Shown here in pieces: positions 26,731 through 40,171 of a stretch of DNA of 64,000 nt. How positions within the stretch are numbered: the stretch's first letter is position 1; every line of letters starts with the position of its first letter. The notes below the pieces were generated by a model. That model did no database searches, was not told where the DNA came from, and saw nothing but the letters and a program-made list of their open reading frames with translations. The translations under genes and the position numbers were made by a program. This DNA comes from Octopus vulgaris (Eukaryota), in NCBI GenBank assembly GCA_951406725.2, contig OX597816.1, forward strand, positions 31,000,001-31,064,000, given 5' to 3'.

Positions 26731-26799
26731 GGGTGTGTATATGTATATATATGTATATGATTATATATGTATATATACGTATGTATGTATGTATTTATG

Positions 26800-26833
<34 letters not shown>

Positions 26834-27334
26834 GGTATTTACTTGTGCGACTCTATATGATTATTTTTGTGTTTATGTTTGTCCCGTCCACCGCCTAACG
26901 ACATGTATTGTTTTGTTTACGTCCCCGTGAGATAAACCGAGAGAGTCTAATTTAATACTCACTTAAGATAAATAAATACTGGGTTCGATTGGTTCGACTA
27001 AAATTTTCCAAGCCTTTGCCTCAGCACCGCTGCATTTTGATATCTGACACAAGCAGAATAATATATATTATGAAAAATAGAACAATGAAGCATGCAATAT
27101 TGGTGTCACTTGAATTTTTATCGAATTTCACAAAATGAAATGCGAGTTCCATTAACAGAGCATGTATCTCATCAGTTTTATATGACAGTTTTTCACTACG
27201 GTACGAGGACTCTTGCAAAGATAATCATAGAATATGTAGTTTGTTTCATTTTTTATTTCCAAGAAAACTTTTTCTCAATTTTGATACAGTTGGCGGACCG
27301 GTCTCCCTGGCATCCTCTTTTAACGAAATTGTTT

Positions 27335-27740
27335 GAACCTGCAGTCCTTTTCTCTTTTGTTTGTTTCATGAGTTTGATGCGGCCATGCTGGGGAAATAAT
27401 CACATAAACACTTGTTGTTAAGCAGTGGTGGGCGAGAAACGCACACAGAAAAACACACATATATACATATAGTTGTCTCCCCTGTCAGTATCTGAAAATG
27501 TACATTTATGCAGCTGTCAATGTTTTTATCTGTCTTTTTCTAGCAATATAGTTGCTACCCGGCACCCTCAGTCACAATAAGTGCCATATGAATTTTTCCA
27601 CGTTTGTTTTTATAGTGCCTATAGCTCCCTTCGAAATTTTAGCAATATACACTTGTCCAAGATGCCGCGCAATGGGACTTTAACTTGAACCATGTGGTTA
27701 GGAAATAAACATTTTACCACACAACCACAACTGTGCCTGT
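27335..27740 (-). mobile_element. Degenerate SINE family 1 copy with an internal interruption
   Basis: The plus strand shows the reverse complement of the family-1 3' end (GCGGCCATGCTGG) and 5' end (CACTTGTCCAAGATGCCGCGCAATGGGAC...ACCACACAACCAC). Confidence 0.6.
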
Positions 27741-28508
27741 GTGTATAATTACCTGTTCCAGTGTATATAATTATAACTATATAACAATACACTTGTTGAT
27801 AATAGTATATAATTAAAATGTATATAATTATATCTGTTAATAATATATATTATCGATAGAGCGATATGGATATAGATATATATTAAAATAGATATCCATA
27901 ACGATAGATATTCGTACTGATTAGCACTTTCATTGTACTGTTTCTTTCATATAGTTGAAAACAATAGTGCACCATCGTAAGTCGTTTTGTAAGGAAGAAA
28001 TCCTTTGTTGTTAATGTGAACTTTATATAGAACTGTAGATACGCCTATTTTTTCATAGTAAACGATAAATTAACTGCATTAATAAGTTTCAACAAATATA
28101 ATTTTTAATTAATTTTCATCCTACGTCTCTATCATATTATGTTTCGTATTAGAAACAAATGCTGAAATGAACAAAAAAAGATCCTAATAGGATTTTTGTG
28201 TAATCTTCGAGTAATTCACTGATGTAGGTTTTCTCGTTGAAAATTGATTTCTATTGAGGGGAAAAATTAAATTGAAATATTTTCAAGCATAGTTATATGG
28301 TTAGAAACAGGTAAATGAAGTTAGCGTAATTAAATGACATCAGAAGGAAAGTAAACACTGATACAATTAAGTAACTGAAAGAAGAAAAAATCGATTTGCT
28401 ATAAATTTGTCCGATACTTCCAATCACAATGAACAACAAATGCTTATATTATACTACAAACATACGTAGTCACAGATCTCACGAACACAAAACCATATGT
28501 GTAGCTAC

Positions 28509-28553
<45 letters not shown>

Positions 28554-28951
28554 CTGAGAATATGTTTTTAACTATACATTGTTTTTATTGGTAATGAATT
28601 TCATACGATATATAACTAATCTACCATAGTTATTTTCAGTGTCCTAAAGAAAGAAGAATATAATTTATTGTCAGAGCTCTCCTTCCACGGATTGCAAAAA
28701 AAAAAAGGTGGAAATTATTGTCAGGACAGGGGTGTATTTGAAATTTCTGAAAATGTGGACACCACTAAAAGTTATCAAGTCCCACTAAGTGGATTTCAAA
28801 AACGCGATGGATAAACAAAAGTGGATACGTCAGACATATTCCTTCAACAAGATTTCACAGAGTTGCTGTCTTGAAATTTCAAAAGACAGTTTCTCTGCAG
28901 TGAGATTAATTATAAAATTAGTTGCGGAAAATATCTCTTCGTCACACAGCC

Positions 28952-29015
28952 ATGCTGAATATATTATGGTCGGTGACTGCTCTTATTACTGTATTAATAC
29001 TGATGTTAGTGTTCA
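28952..29015 (+). CDS. Candidate first coding exon encoding a signal-peptide-like sequence (MLNILWSVTALITVLILMLVF)
   Basis: Acceptor-like TTTCTCTGCAG ending at 28900, GCC-ATG start context, a hydrophobic 21-aa peptide and a phase-1 donor TCA|GTGAGT. No downstream exon was identified. Confidence 0.3.
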
Positions 29016-29574
29016 GTGAGTTGGCAATTTAAGCTACATACTATATAGTTGCACTGTTGAAAGTATTTACTGTTATATCGCCAGCTACGATCGCCGTTAA
29101 TTAAATTATGAAATCTGTTTAAACTGATTTTGTAAATTCACAACAGATATCACTATAGTATACCCATTTTCTACCGCTTACACTATGATATAATTAAATA
29201 TATTGCAAATGCTGCAGAAAGAACTGATGTAAATGTTATTGAATTCGACTGGTAATAGATCTTTTCATGGCAGTAATATTGATTTCAGAAATATTGACAG
29301 GAACAAATATTTGTTGAAAGAGAGTACTGAATAACTTCCGATAGATTACTTCTACTAATGACATCGACGTTGTACGGGCCCTCTATTATGGGATCGTTTG
29401 GCATGACAGAAATAGTAAACAAGTATCCCTCAGGTTTAACACCTTCTAAAACGACACATTGATTATAATGGCCTGCAGACGATTGCAAAAATAGAGGCAT
29501 GAACAAAGCTAATATATTTCAAACTCATGCAGATCTGATGCTAAACAACGGAGTCGTAGTCGATGCAGCAGCAG

Positions 29575-29587
29575 CACTAGTAGTAGC

Positions 29588-29650
<63 letters not shown>

Positions 29651-29705
29651 AGTAGTAGTAGTAGTAGTGGTGGTGGTGGTAGTAGTAGTAGTAGTGTTGG
29701 TAGTG

Positions 29706-29752
<47 letters not shown>

Positions 29753-29776
29753 TGTAGTAGATGTAGTAGTAGTAGC
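29575..29776. repeat. (GTA)n trinucleotide microsatellite
   Basis: Directly visible. It accounts for the poly-V, poly-T, poly-L and poly-Y ORFs. Confidence 0.96.
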
Positions 29777-29974
29777 AGAAGGTTTGCGCCCACAAATTTC
29801 TTGCACACATTCAGTTAAGATTTCCAGTAAACAATATTACGTACATGATTTCCCATCACTTTTGTATAGAGTATAAAGAAAATGATTTAAAGACATTTTC
29901 CTCCAGCCATACTTTTGCCATTTATAATCCAGATCACTTCATTCCTCTGACTCTTTTATAAATTAGTCTTCTTA

Positions 29975-30615
29975 CTGTGAAAATTGCAACCAGCCAGACA
30001 CGGAGAGGGCCAACGCGTTGTAAATGCAGAGCTTCTTCTTCCGGGAGATAGAGCAGTGGCGCCAAATCGATTTCCGTAGGACGTACACGGCTCCGGCGGC
30101 CATGTTATACCTGGGGTTAATATGCGAGGTTTTCACCATTGTTGGTGACTGTGGACTCAGTTGGAAGAAGGAGGTGACAAACTCCAGGACGTCGGGGTAT
30201 ATATGGAGGTCGGGAGTGTGCGGATCATCACCGACAAGCATCAATGTGGCCTTCTCTCAACTCACACAAAGGACAAGTTTTTCTGGTTTCTCTCAATATA
30301 TGGTAAGTGCCTCGCTGAGCTGATGAATCCAGTTCCTGAACAGGATTATATCGATGACTCCGGCCAGATCATCTTACCAGAGTCTTACTCTCATACCATG
30401 TAGCACGGGGTCCTGTGGCAGGCTCCGCCCCAATTGGCTCGAAGTTTTAAGATGTTTAGAAGCTCGATGTCACCTTAGATGAATCTGAGGGGGCGGGCAA
30501 TGGACTACCAACGATAGAAAGCACTGGTGGTCACTTTCGGCCCTATGCCCAAGCGACGCCTCTGGGACCACTAGTTTGAGATGATCCAGCTTCATCAAGC
30601 ATAAGCATGAAGCAA
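29975..30615. mobile_element. RTE-clade LINE copy with a 5' inversion
   Basis: 29975-30360 (minus): DIILF...LRKSIWRHCSISRKKKLCIYNALALSV (RT motif 5 to thumb). About 30362-30615 (plus): RTE C-terminal GRxRPNWL-like segment and a short (AAGC..)n tail. Confidence 0.7.
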
Positions 30616-32135
30616 GTAATTAAAATTCTACTCTACTTAAAATATTGCAGTCGAGAATAACATTCTTAAAAATTACTATAGTTTATTAAAACAAAACTTA
30701 TAAAACACATTAATGGGGTCGCCCCACCTAAAGCAAACCAACAGATTTTAAGCCTATGGACTTTTCTTCAGATACATTTCATGTATAGCCCTAGTAAATT
30801 TTACTATTTTCAGAAAAAAATATTTAGAAATACAGTAGAATTCACCATAATTACTATGAGAAAATTGAAAGTAGCAAATTAGGTGAAGTAACGAATAAGC
30901 CAAAAACGCACTACACTAATTCTGCTGCATTAATACTCACTTATGAATTTTACTTATTTTCCAGATTTTTTTTTCTTTTGTTAATCGGGAAGAACTGACT
31001 GAGCATATGTTTGATTTGAAACAATTTAATGATCATTCTACTGGAATGTTTTGTTTGTTTTTTTTTGTAATGGGATTACAATTGAAGTGAAAAAAAATCT
31101 TTGTGATATTATTTACAACTTCATATTATATTGTTTGTACTTGAAACATCTAAATTAAATCACTATTTTAATAGTATATTTCAGAAGACATGATTAAAGT
31201 TTTTTTTTTTATTTAAATTTACTTTTGATTATTTTTGTACCATGTTTTTAAAGATATACTTGTTTCTCAGATTCATATAATGAATAACATAAATTATCTC
31301 AAATTTACCTAATATAATGTATATTAATTTTTAAAATGTCATTCTCGGCTGCAATATTTTAAGTACAGCTGAATTTAAACTCTAAGTACTTCTTAGTTCC
31401 CTTTAGAGCAGACTAATTAGGCAAATTCAACTGTAAGAATCTTTTTCTGTACTTTTCTAGGTGTAATAACTTAAGAATACCAACATGCATGCAACCTCAT
31501 TTTTCTAATGTAATCCAGTTTTTTCAGGCAATGCAATAAAACTAATAAATTTTATGTTGTATTTCTTTAATTTTCACATTTTGTTAAATTCTAAAGAGAA
31601 TAAATACGTTGCCTGAACTGGTTTTTGTTGCATGGGCTAATATAAAAATGATCTAAAAATGCAAAAATAGCCAATGCATCCCGCGTAAGGTAGGATGTGC
31701 TACCTGCTCTTATTAGGGCCATGTTTGTTAGTCGAAATCCATGCAAAATAAAAGTAAAACCTGCAATTCAGCCACTGTTCTTGTCAACATAATTGAAAAG
31801 GAACACTCTGAATCCTGCTACTCTGAAATACAAACTCGCAATCTGAAATGATACCCTAAGAAATAATAATCGAAATTCTACTACTATTAGTATTGAATGA
31901 ATATTTAAAAGCAAACAAAAACTTATTAAAACTTAAGGAGTTCTTTCTTTGGTCGTCGTAATGCTTGGATGTCGCTTGTTTAATAAAAATTCCTCCTCGC
32001 TTAATGATTTTACTTTCATTTCGTGCAGAAAATGCCAACTTCTAAATGCTCATTTTTTATTTCATGAAAATTATAAAAATTTAAACCACAGTAGCATTTT
32101 TCTGCAATAAGCATGTACGTATTTATGTACGCATG

Positions 32136-32174
<39 letters not shown>

Positions 32175-32182
32175 ATGTGTGT

Positions 32183-32221
<39 letters not shown>

Positions 32222-32227
32222 TGTATG

Positions 32228-32263
<36 letters not shown>

Positions 32264-33739
32264 TATATATATATGTGTGTCTTTTATAGGATGGATAGCA
32301 GAAAAGAGTCCACTTGTCATCTATTGCTCTCAACTTACACCTTCTCTTGTTAAAACTACGTATTCGTGACACTCACCATTGTTTCCTTTCATGGGCGTTT
32401 TAAAAGTTACTTATGTGAATGTGCATCTGTGTGTGTGCCTATTGTGTGAATGCGTGTGTTTATAATAGTATATAATCAGCGACGTGTGTGTATCCCTGAG
32501 GTCGATTTCAGGCATTATTCTCCCCTTTTTGACCTCATATATTTGAAATCTCAACTCTTGTTTCTATTGAACCAAATTTTAAATTTTGTAGCTCAACATC
32601 TAGCTTAGGAGGTGATCAAGTTAAAAATGTATAAACAACATCAAATCCGGTAAAAAGAAACTGAATTAGTGACAAAGCGGAGAAGCGGTCACGTGTGGGT
32701 AAGTGTTGACCTTAAGAATATTATTCACATACGATAGTGTGTGAATAATACATAGAAAAAGAGTGGGAGCAACAGAAGGGTTAAATTAATGTGTATGTCG
32801 GTGGGCGTATAAGGGAAAGTGGGGTGTATATTCGATGACTAGGCAGCTGAAAGAAATAGAATAGGTTACAGCTATTGCCATATAGTTGATGGAGAAAAAA
32901 AGCAGAAGCTAAATTTAAAATATTAATAAATAATAAATTGAGATAAAATAGTTTGGAGGTTTAGATGTCGTCATATGTATAAAATCGAATTATGAAGCGA
33001 TATTGACGATGAATAAATATTAGTAAATACATTTTGTTTGTCTGCTTTAATAAACGTGTTTGCTGATGTTTCTGACAGGTTCAGGGTATGTTGAAGAAGA
33101 AATAAAAAACATGAAGTAATCAACCACACACATAAGAAATCACTAACCTACAACTTCACTAAATACTACCATGAAACAAAGTCTACCAACTATATTTCGA
33201 CTATATCCAGAGATATCTGTTTCCTCATTCTACGGTTTTCTGCCCAGATGGTAAGTTAAATTTTTGCTCGTATACCGATTTGTGGTGTGATTATTAATTT
33301 TCCAGTGATTGGTGGTTTTCTTAGAGGATGTCTTAGACTCTGATTTTCACAACAATGCTAGACCTTCGTGTGCCTTATTATAACTATAAATTAATTATAA
33401 AATTTTGGATTCGCCATTAATCGGCTTTTGTTTTTTGGCCGCGTATATTATTGCTGCTATTATTCATCTTACTAATGATAACAATTAATAGTAATATCTA
33501 TATGGATATTTTCGAATATTTATTCATTACGTAATAATGCACACACACACACACACGCGCGTGAGCTCAAACGCAGCATATATATATATATAAAATAAAC
33601 TGTCTTTAGGTAACTTACAGTAATGTTCAGAAAATAATGGTCAAAATTATGTCAATAAAAATATCTTTAAGTACGATTGGGTTAAGGATGGAATCAGAGA
33701 GGATGGATGCTTTAGGATGGAAAGATTGCAGGTATAGCT

Positions 33740-34030
33740 CTAGTGGAAATGTTTGATTGATTCAAAGTGGAAAGTAGCTTCTAGCTTCAGACGGAATAGA
33801 TTTTTGTTGTAGCAGAGCAGAAATAAAAAAAAAAACAGGTCTTTGTCGAGAGAGAGAATTAAATGATGTGTGGTGATTATAAAAGACTTTTCTGACTGAA
33901 CATATAGTCTTCCTTTGGATCTTATCAAGGTAAGTGGTGTATGCAGAATAACCCACTTTGGATCTCAGTTTTAAGCCTTCCCACTCTTTGCAGGAATCAG
34001 CAATATGTCAGAAAGGAATTACTTTCTAAC
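33740..34030 (-). pseudogene. Jockey/CR1-like LINE RT-thumb remnant
   Basis: ORF 33762..33956 contains YLDKIQRKTICSV...FNSLSRQR (cf. LDKIQRKAIRLI...LxxLSHRR). Confidence 0.4.
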
Positions 34031-36806
34031 CCAGATGGTTAGTATAATTTACTTTTTGTATCCTCTTAGATTTTAAAAAATCCTTTTAATAAGGTAATAA
34101 AATGTGCAGAGATATCAATGTGAAATAATATTGTTTTCAAGAAAATATAAACGTTTGTGAAAAGTGCGGAGATATTTCAGCAGAGAAATGATTGAGGAAT
34201 ACGAAAATATAAACAGCATGCGGTTCAGTAATGTGTGGTCAAATTAAAGTACAGACGGGGAAGACAGCAAACAAGAGTAAGAATATAAACTATATCGTAT
34301 TAAATTTCCGTGATATTTTATGCTGGTAATTTATTCTTTCGATACTTAGGAGTTAACCATATTGAACAACACGTATTTTATTGTAAACGTAGTGTGAACA
34401 TATAAATGATGTGCGTGTAATAGTTCAAATTCAAGGGAATTATACACTGGTTCAGGAGATAAATAATATAATAATTGTAGACTGACCGAAATACAATATA
34501 GAATATATAGAGAATGAAATCACCGAGACTATTTGCAAGTCTAAATGAAATGTGGTATAACAATACAAAAAATCATTAAAACATATTATCAGAAATATCA
34601 CTGAAGCTCTTGAACAATTAAATGTTTTCCCTAAGTATTTCATATAATATTTAATTGCTTTTGAAGTACGAAATTTATTACAGGATATTATAGTTTTATA
34701 GAAGATAGAAAGAGGGAAATATTTTGAAAAGATATGAATCTATACAAATGATAGAAATTCATTAAATACCTATGAATAAAACAGTAATTTGATTAAAAGA
34801 CATGACTATATAAGAAAAAATGTCAAAAGCAAAGAAAACAATGTTGCGCTAAAATATTATTATTTATCTTTCATAAGAAAAGATTCAGAAGGGACATTAA
34901 ACGTATTCGCTTACACCGTGTTAACAATATTTTTAGAAATAAAAGAGATACGCTGAATTAATATAAAAAGAAACAAAAGCATCAACATATCCAGGCATTA
35001 TAAGAAAGAAATAATAGAAAATGCGAAAAGATTTCGAATAAGAATCTCGAGTTTCTATGTAGATGGTTATTATTTCAGGATTTAATAGGAAAAAAGTTTG
35101 AAATAATACCCAGATATTAGATTAATAACTTTCGTCTCCACAAGGTCTAGAATCTTATGAGAAGATATTCCATACAATAAACAACGGGAAAAGGATTGAC
35201 TTTCAGACAGGAAAGCTGAGGAGCTTTTTACTTCTTATATTTTAGTAAATAACCACTCTTTAATTTCTTAATATTCGTAGCTGATCTGATGCGGCCAAAT
35301 TCCCCAAGTTCGGTTCAATAATATGTGGAGATAAAACTAGATATAATAATAAATCTAACTAGCAGTGAATATTATTAAGAAATTCAGTTCAGAATCAGAA
35401 TATTATCAACCATATTATTTTAACTAATGAATAAGAAATGAAGCAACTTAAATAGTAATATCATATTTATTCAGTGATACCTAAATGCAGGTGAAATATT
35501 TTATACGATTTTGAGATACGCATTGATTATTTAGATAAAATAATTCATTACGTTTATGTGTGTGTGTGTGTGTGTATACAATACTTACAGTGCACCGATT
35601 TTAAATAAAAGTTCCTCTTGCAAAAATATGCTTCAGATACAATTATGGAAATACAATATATCATATTACTCCTAGGATTTATGAGGTATCATATCTGAAA
35701 CTTAATGATATCTGTTTTCCTTCAGAGAGTAGTGCTGCGTTCATTGCTGCGTACAATCTCATGTACTCTTAAAACACAAGTACCACAAGCCGTTGTTGAA
35801 GACGGTAATGTCAGAAAACTATCATTGTATTAACACCAGCTATCATTAATTGATGGGCACTGCACTTGATCGATTGCAGTTGTGAGAAAATTAATGTTGT
35901 AAAGCATAATTAATGTTGTACAGCAATTCATATCCATAACCAAATTTTCAACATGTAAATATGACTATTACTGAATAGAACATGGTGCGTAGAAACGTTC
36001 AAAAGCCACACATAAAGTATTGAAATATATATGCATTTGTTTCCTCCGTGTATTGTGCTAAGTCGTCGAAGAGATTACAATACTCGTGTTACCTACCAAT
36101 GAATCAACAGGGAACTATAGCCCAGTCAATCTACCCGATAGAAGTGGTCAAATATCCATGAAGTCACAACTTGCTGACTGAGTATGTTATTCAATTTATG
36201 TATTGGATAATATAATGCTTGAGGGGAAAACAGATGAAATGATAATGATTTAATTGTCCTGATAACTGCAATTTCTTCCACAAAATCCGGTCATATTCTC
36301 AAATATTCAATAAATAATTTACTAGAAATGCTTTTCCTATTAAGCATCCCATACGCTGATGTAGTGTTACGATAATACAATAATAATCTGGAATGAGTAA
36401 TTATTTTCACATTTCTAATGCGGGTTCAACTATGGCATAAATCTACCATTGAGTAGACACGTATAGCGAACATTCTAACATGTCTAATAAATAAAGTCAA
36501 CATATATTCTCCTTTAGTTCCCAATATGAAGATTTTTCCCCTATTCCTTTTTAATACGTCCGGTAATGAAAGACAAGAAACCGAAACTGCAAATAATCTA
36601 CAACGACGTCATAGATCTATCGCGTACACACATACAAAGATGGTGTTATGTACATTTATCGGAAATATTTTCTAATTGTATAGAAACACTACGATACATA
36701 TATAAGGATCCAAGTTTTTTATGATTTTATTGCTATAGATAACATTCTTCTATGAAATCACTTTCAAATCCAAACAGAATAGGTTAACTGTAATAATTCC
36801 CTCATA

Positions 36807-38082
36807 TTAGGTTGTTCGAAAATAATGGCCGCTTTCAGAAACCTAATTTTATTCTGGAAAAATTAACAATAGAAATGTTTTGATTAGTTAAAGTATGAGC
36901 CGTGAACATCTATTCATCTCTGCTATCGATCAACGAGATTACTTATGCCTCGTTGATAAAAACTTATTGGCTTTGATGCTAAGAAATCTTTGAAAGCTGA
37001 TTCCACCTCTGGGTTGGACCTGAAAGTTTTATCACTTAAAAATGTGTTTTTGAATGCTTAAAAGATGATAGTCAGAGGGTGAAAGATCAGGATAATATGG
37101 AGGATGTGGTAAAGTCACGTATCCCAAGTCTGTGAGTTTCTGCAGAGTTATTCTTAGAACATGTGGCTTTGCATTATGGTGGAGCAGAGTTGGTCTGCGG
37201 CGATTCACCAATGCAGGTCTGAGTTTTTGCAAGTGAGCATGCATTACAGCGAGGTGATTGCAATAAACCTCTGCTGTAATGCTCGAATTGCATTCCAGAA
37301 AGTTGTAATGGACAACACCAATTGCAGACCACCAGACATTTACCAAAACCTTTTGCTGATGCAACTTTGGCTTTGGGAAATGTTTGGTGGACTCAACACG
37401 CTCAAGTCATAGATCAGAGAGTTTACGGTTATCATAAAAGGTCCGCTTTTCATCACAAGTGACTATTCGGTCAAAAAAGTATCATTGGTGTTTCGCAAAA
37501 TGAGCACCGGGGACACTTCAAAACGCCGAAGATTTTGATTTTCATTGAGCTCATGCGGTGCTCATTTATCGAGATTTTTCACCTTACCAATCTTCTGCAG
37601 ACTGCGTGAGACCATTGCAGTACCGACACCAAGTGCCTTAGATATTTCTCTGTCACTTTGTTCAACAATTGCTTTCAATTGCTTAACGTCATGACTGAAT
37701 GATCGTCCTCTACCTTCTTTATCTACAAAGCCCTCATCACCACCATGGTAATTCTGAAAGCACCTTCGTACTGTACGATGACTTGTGGACCGACCCTTCT
37801 CCGCGTGCTCTGTTGATATTGGCAGCAGTTTGGGAGGTATTGTGCCTAAGCTTGAACTCATGCAAGAAAAGTAAGGGATGGTCCTTTTTCGTCATGTTCA
37901 TTATGAAGGGCGCTTATGCTTCAGGAATGATTTCTGTCTGAAATAAGTAGAAAAGTATTATAGAATATACATCAATTATTAAGTATGTCGAAATTCACTT
38001 AAAAATATAATGAAAATACTTTGATAAAATTGCGTTTCAAAACACGACACTTAGAGCGGCCAATATTTTCGGAACAACCTAA
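36807..38082 (-). mobile_element. Full-length (1276 bp) mariner DNA transposon with TIRs and TA target duplication
   Basis: Left end TA|TTAGGTTGTTCGAAAATAATGGCCGCT; right end AGCGGCCAATATTTTCGGAACAACCTAA|TA. Confidence 0.92.
36884..37895 (-). pseudogene. Mariner DD34D transposase pseudogene
   Basis: Starts MTKKDHPLLFLHEFK; contains LDK*APHEL (WVPHEL motif), LLHHNAKPH and HPPYYPDLSPSDYHL (YSPDL motif); ends GSYFN*. Several stops and frameshifts. Confidence 0.92.
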
Positions 38083-39224
38083 TAGTATCACAACTTTCAT
38101 AAGGATATATCTGCCTAATAGTAATAGCCACTGCTTGGCCAAGGCATGCTATTTCATAGGATTAGTACTGATGATTGAAAATTATCACAACCAGTAATCT
38201 CTGACACATTATATTGGGTACGTCGTCTTTTATTGTCACTTTAACTTTCGCACTTAGCAAGAAAGCTTGACTAGTGACGAAATTATTCATCAGCGTTTTG
38301 ATTTTGATTGACTTAAATTTTTATTTACGCACTTGCATGAGATGTCCTGGAGTGGAATCGAACGACCCTTAATTGGTTGAGAAATAAAGTTTTTTTACCA
38401 CATGTACACACCTGAAATGCATAAAATGTAGATTGTACAAATCAGTTGACTGCAGTTTTAGCTAATGAATTTAATGAGATTAAAGAGACAGAGACAGATT
38501 CAGGTTATTTCGTTTATTATTTTATAGTTTGTTACAACATTCAATACGGCAATAATTTTAATGTCTAATTAGTTAATTAGTTTCATTATCTCTCATGAAT
38601 GCTGTCGTCTAATTTTTTCATAATACATCATATAATTATGATGGTATGTTTTCGAGCTGAAGACAACATAGCGAAAAGTAAAAAAGAAAAAGATCATAAA
38701 AATACTGACGACAACTTTTTCCCCGGAATGACCTCATAATTAGTTAGAATTAATAGAAAACAGCCGTACAAATATACTCTAATGATATTAAGTAGTAGGA
38801 AAGAAAAATATCTAATAATATGGTTGAAATTTAAACATGGGGATATTTTCGAACTAAATTCTGCATTGCAGATATATAGAACTACCAAATTTGGGGGTAA
38901 AAAACTATTAAATAATCGCCTGACATATATTGGTGGAATGTTTACCTCGAAAATAGTTCCGAAATATTCTTTTCAATAACTCAAAACAAAATTGCCTTCG
39001 CTGGAGCATTTCCTGAACAAATAGAATGACACTAAATTGGTAAAAAGGCAAAATAATTTTTATGCTTTCACTTTCAATAGAGCTGCGAAACAGTGAGAGA
39101 GAGGGGGGAAGAGAGAAAGAGAGTGAGAAAGAGATGGAATGTACGCATGTTCCTGCGAAAAGCGTGTGAATGCAAGACGACATTTTATGAAGTAGCTTTA
39201 TAGAATGTTGCGGGAAGATAATAT

Positions 39225-39440
39225 TGGTTTAAAATTTTGGCACATGAGCAGCTATTACGAGTAATGGGGGTAAGTCAATAGCATCAACTCTAGTACTCAA
39301 TTCGTACATATTACATATACTCCAAAAGGAGGAAAGGTAAATCTACGCTGGTGGCATGTCAACTCAGAACGTAAGAGGCGGACGAAATGCCATTAAATAT
39401 TTGTCCGGCGCGGTAACGAATCTACCAGTTCGGCTCCTTG
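39225..39440 (-). mobile_element. Degenerate SINE family 2 copy
   Basis: AACTCAGAACGTAAGAGGCGGACGAAATGCC...CCGGCGCGGTAACGAATCTACCAGTTCG matches the reverse complement of the family-2 head. Confidence 0.65.
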
Positions 39441-39679
39441 TTAGAAATATAAGATTAATGAATTTAACTGTTGCGTACTCCTACATGAGTATGAATTACT
39501 TCATCTAGCCTCATGTATACTACATTATACTATTACATGGCGAAACGGACAGGTAGTCTAACAGAAATGTTAACTTCGGCAGAGTTAGAAATTAATAAAT
39601 CGCAAAGAATACCCTAAGCTATTTAGTCAAGACGCTGTAAATATTCAGCCACAATTGTACATACAATCTACAATTTTAC

Positions 39680-40120
39680 AAAATATCTATTATTCTTTCT
39701 ACACACCAATATCAATGCTGTCTCGGGCGCCTTCATTTGTTTAAAGCCAAGTTGATAGATAATTCATGGGACCTTAAAGTTGAGGGTATTAGTTAATACC
39801 TCAATTGGAAACTTTTAGCCTCAGCACCTGAGTATGGTTTAAAGAATAGGAAATGTTTGCTGTGTATAAGTGAAATCCTATTTATATTAAAGGCCAATTT
39901 TCCTCTTCTTAAAACTGAAAATAAAAGAAATGGGTTCTGCCTTCATAAGCCTACACACACTTTCTCTAAAGAGTATTAATAATAATTGCTATTAATGCTA
40001 GTGCCTCCTTTGCTAATAACATCATTTATTTCCTAATCTGAGCACTATATATTAATTGACATCCTTTCCTAACATATGTGTAAGACAACATTCTCTATAT
40101 AGCCTATATATTATCTTCTG

Positions 40121-40171
<51 letters not shown>

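Noticed and set aside
29499-29876. Poly-V, poly-T (mucin-like) and poly-Y ORFs
   Set aside because: These are translations of the (GTA)n microsatellite, open in several frames on both strands.
34560-35300. Possible very old PLE RT remnant (similar hints at about 20100-21000)
   Set aside because: Only faint motif echoes remain, too degraded to support a call by eye.
35726-35804. Plus-strand 79-bp candidate exon (also a 33-bp candidate at 61783-61815)
   Set aside because: The splice signals are plausible, but the peptides are unrecognisable and such matches are expected by chance in 64 kb of AT-rich DNA.
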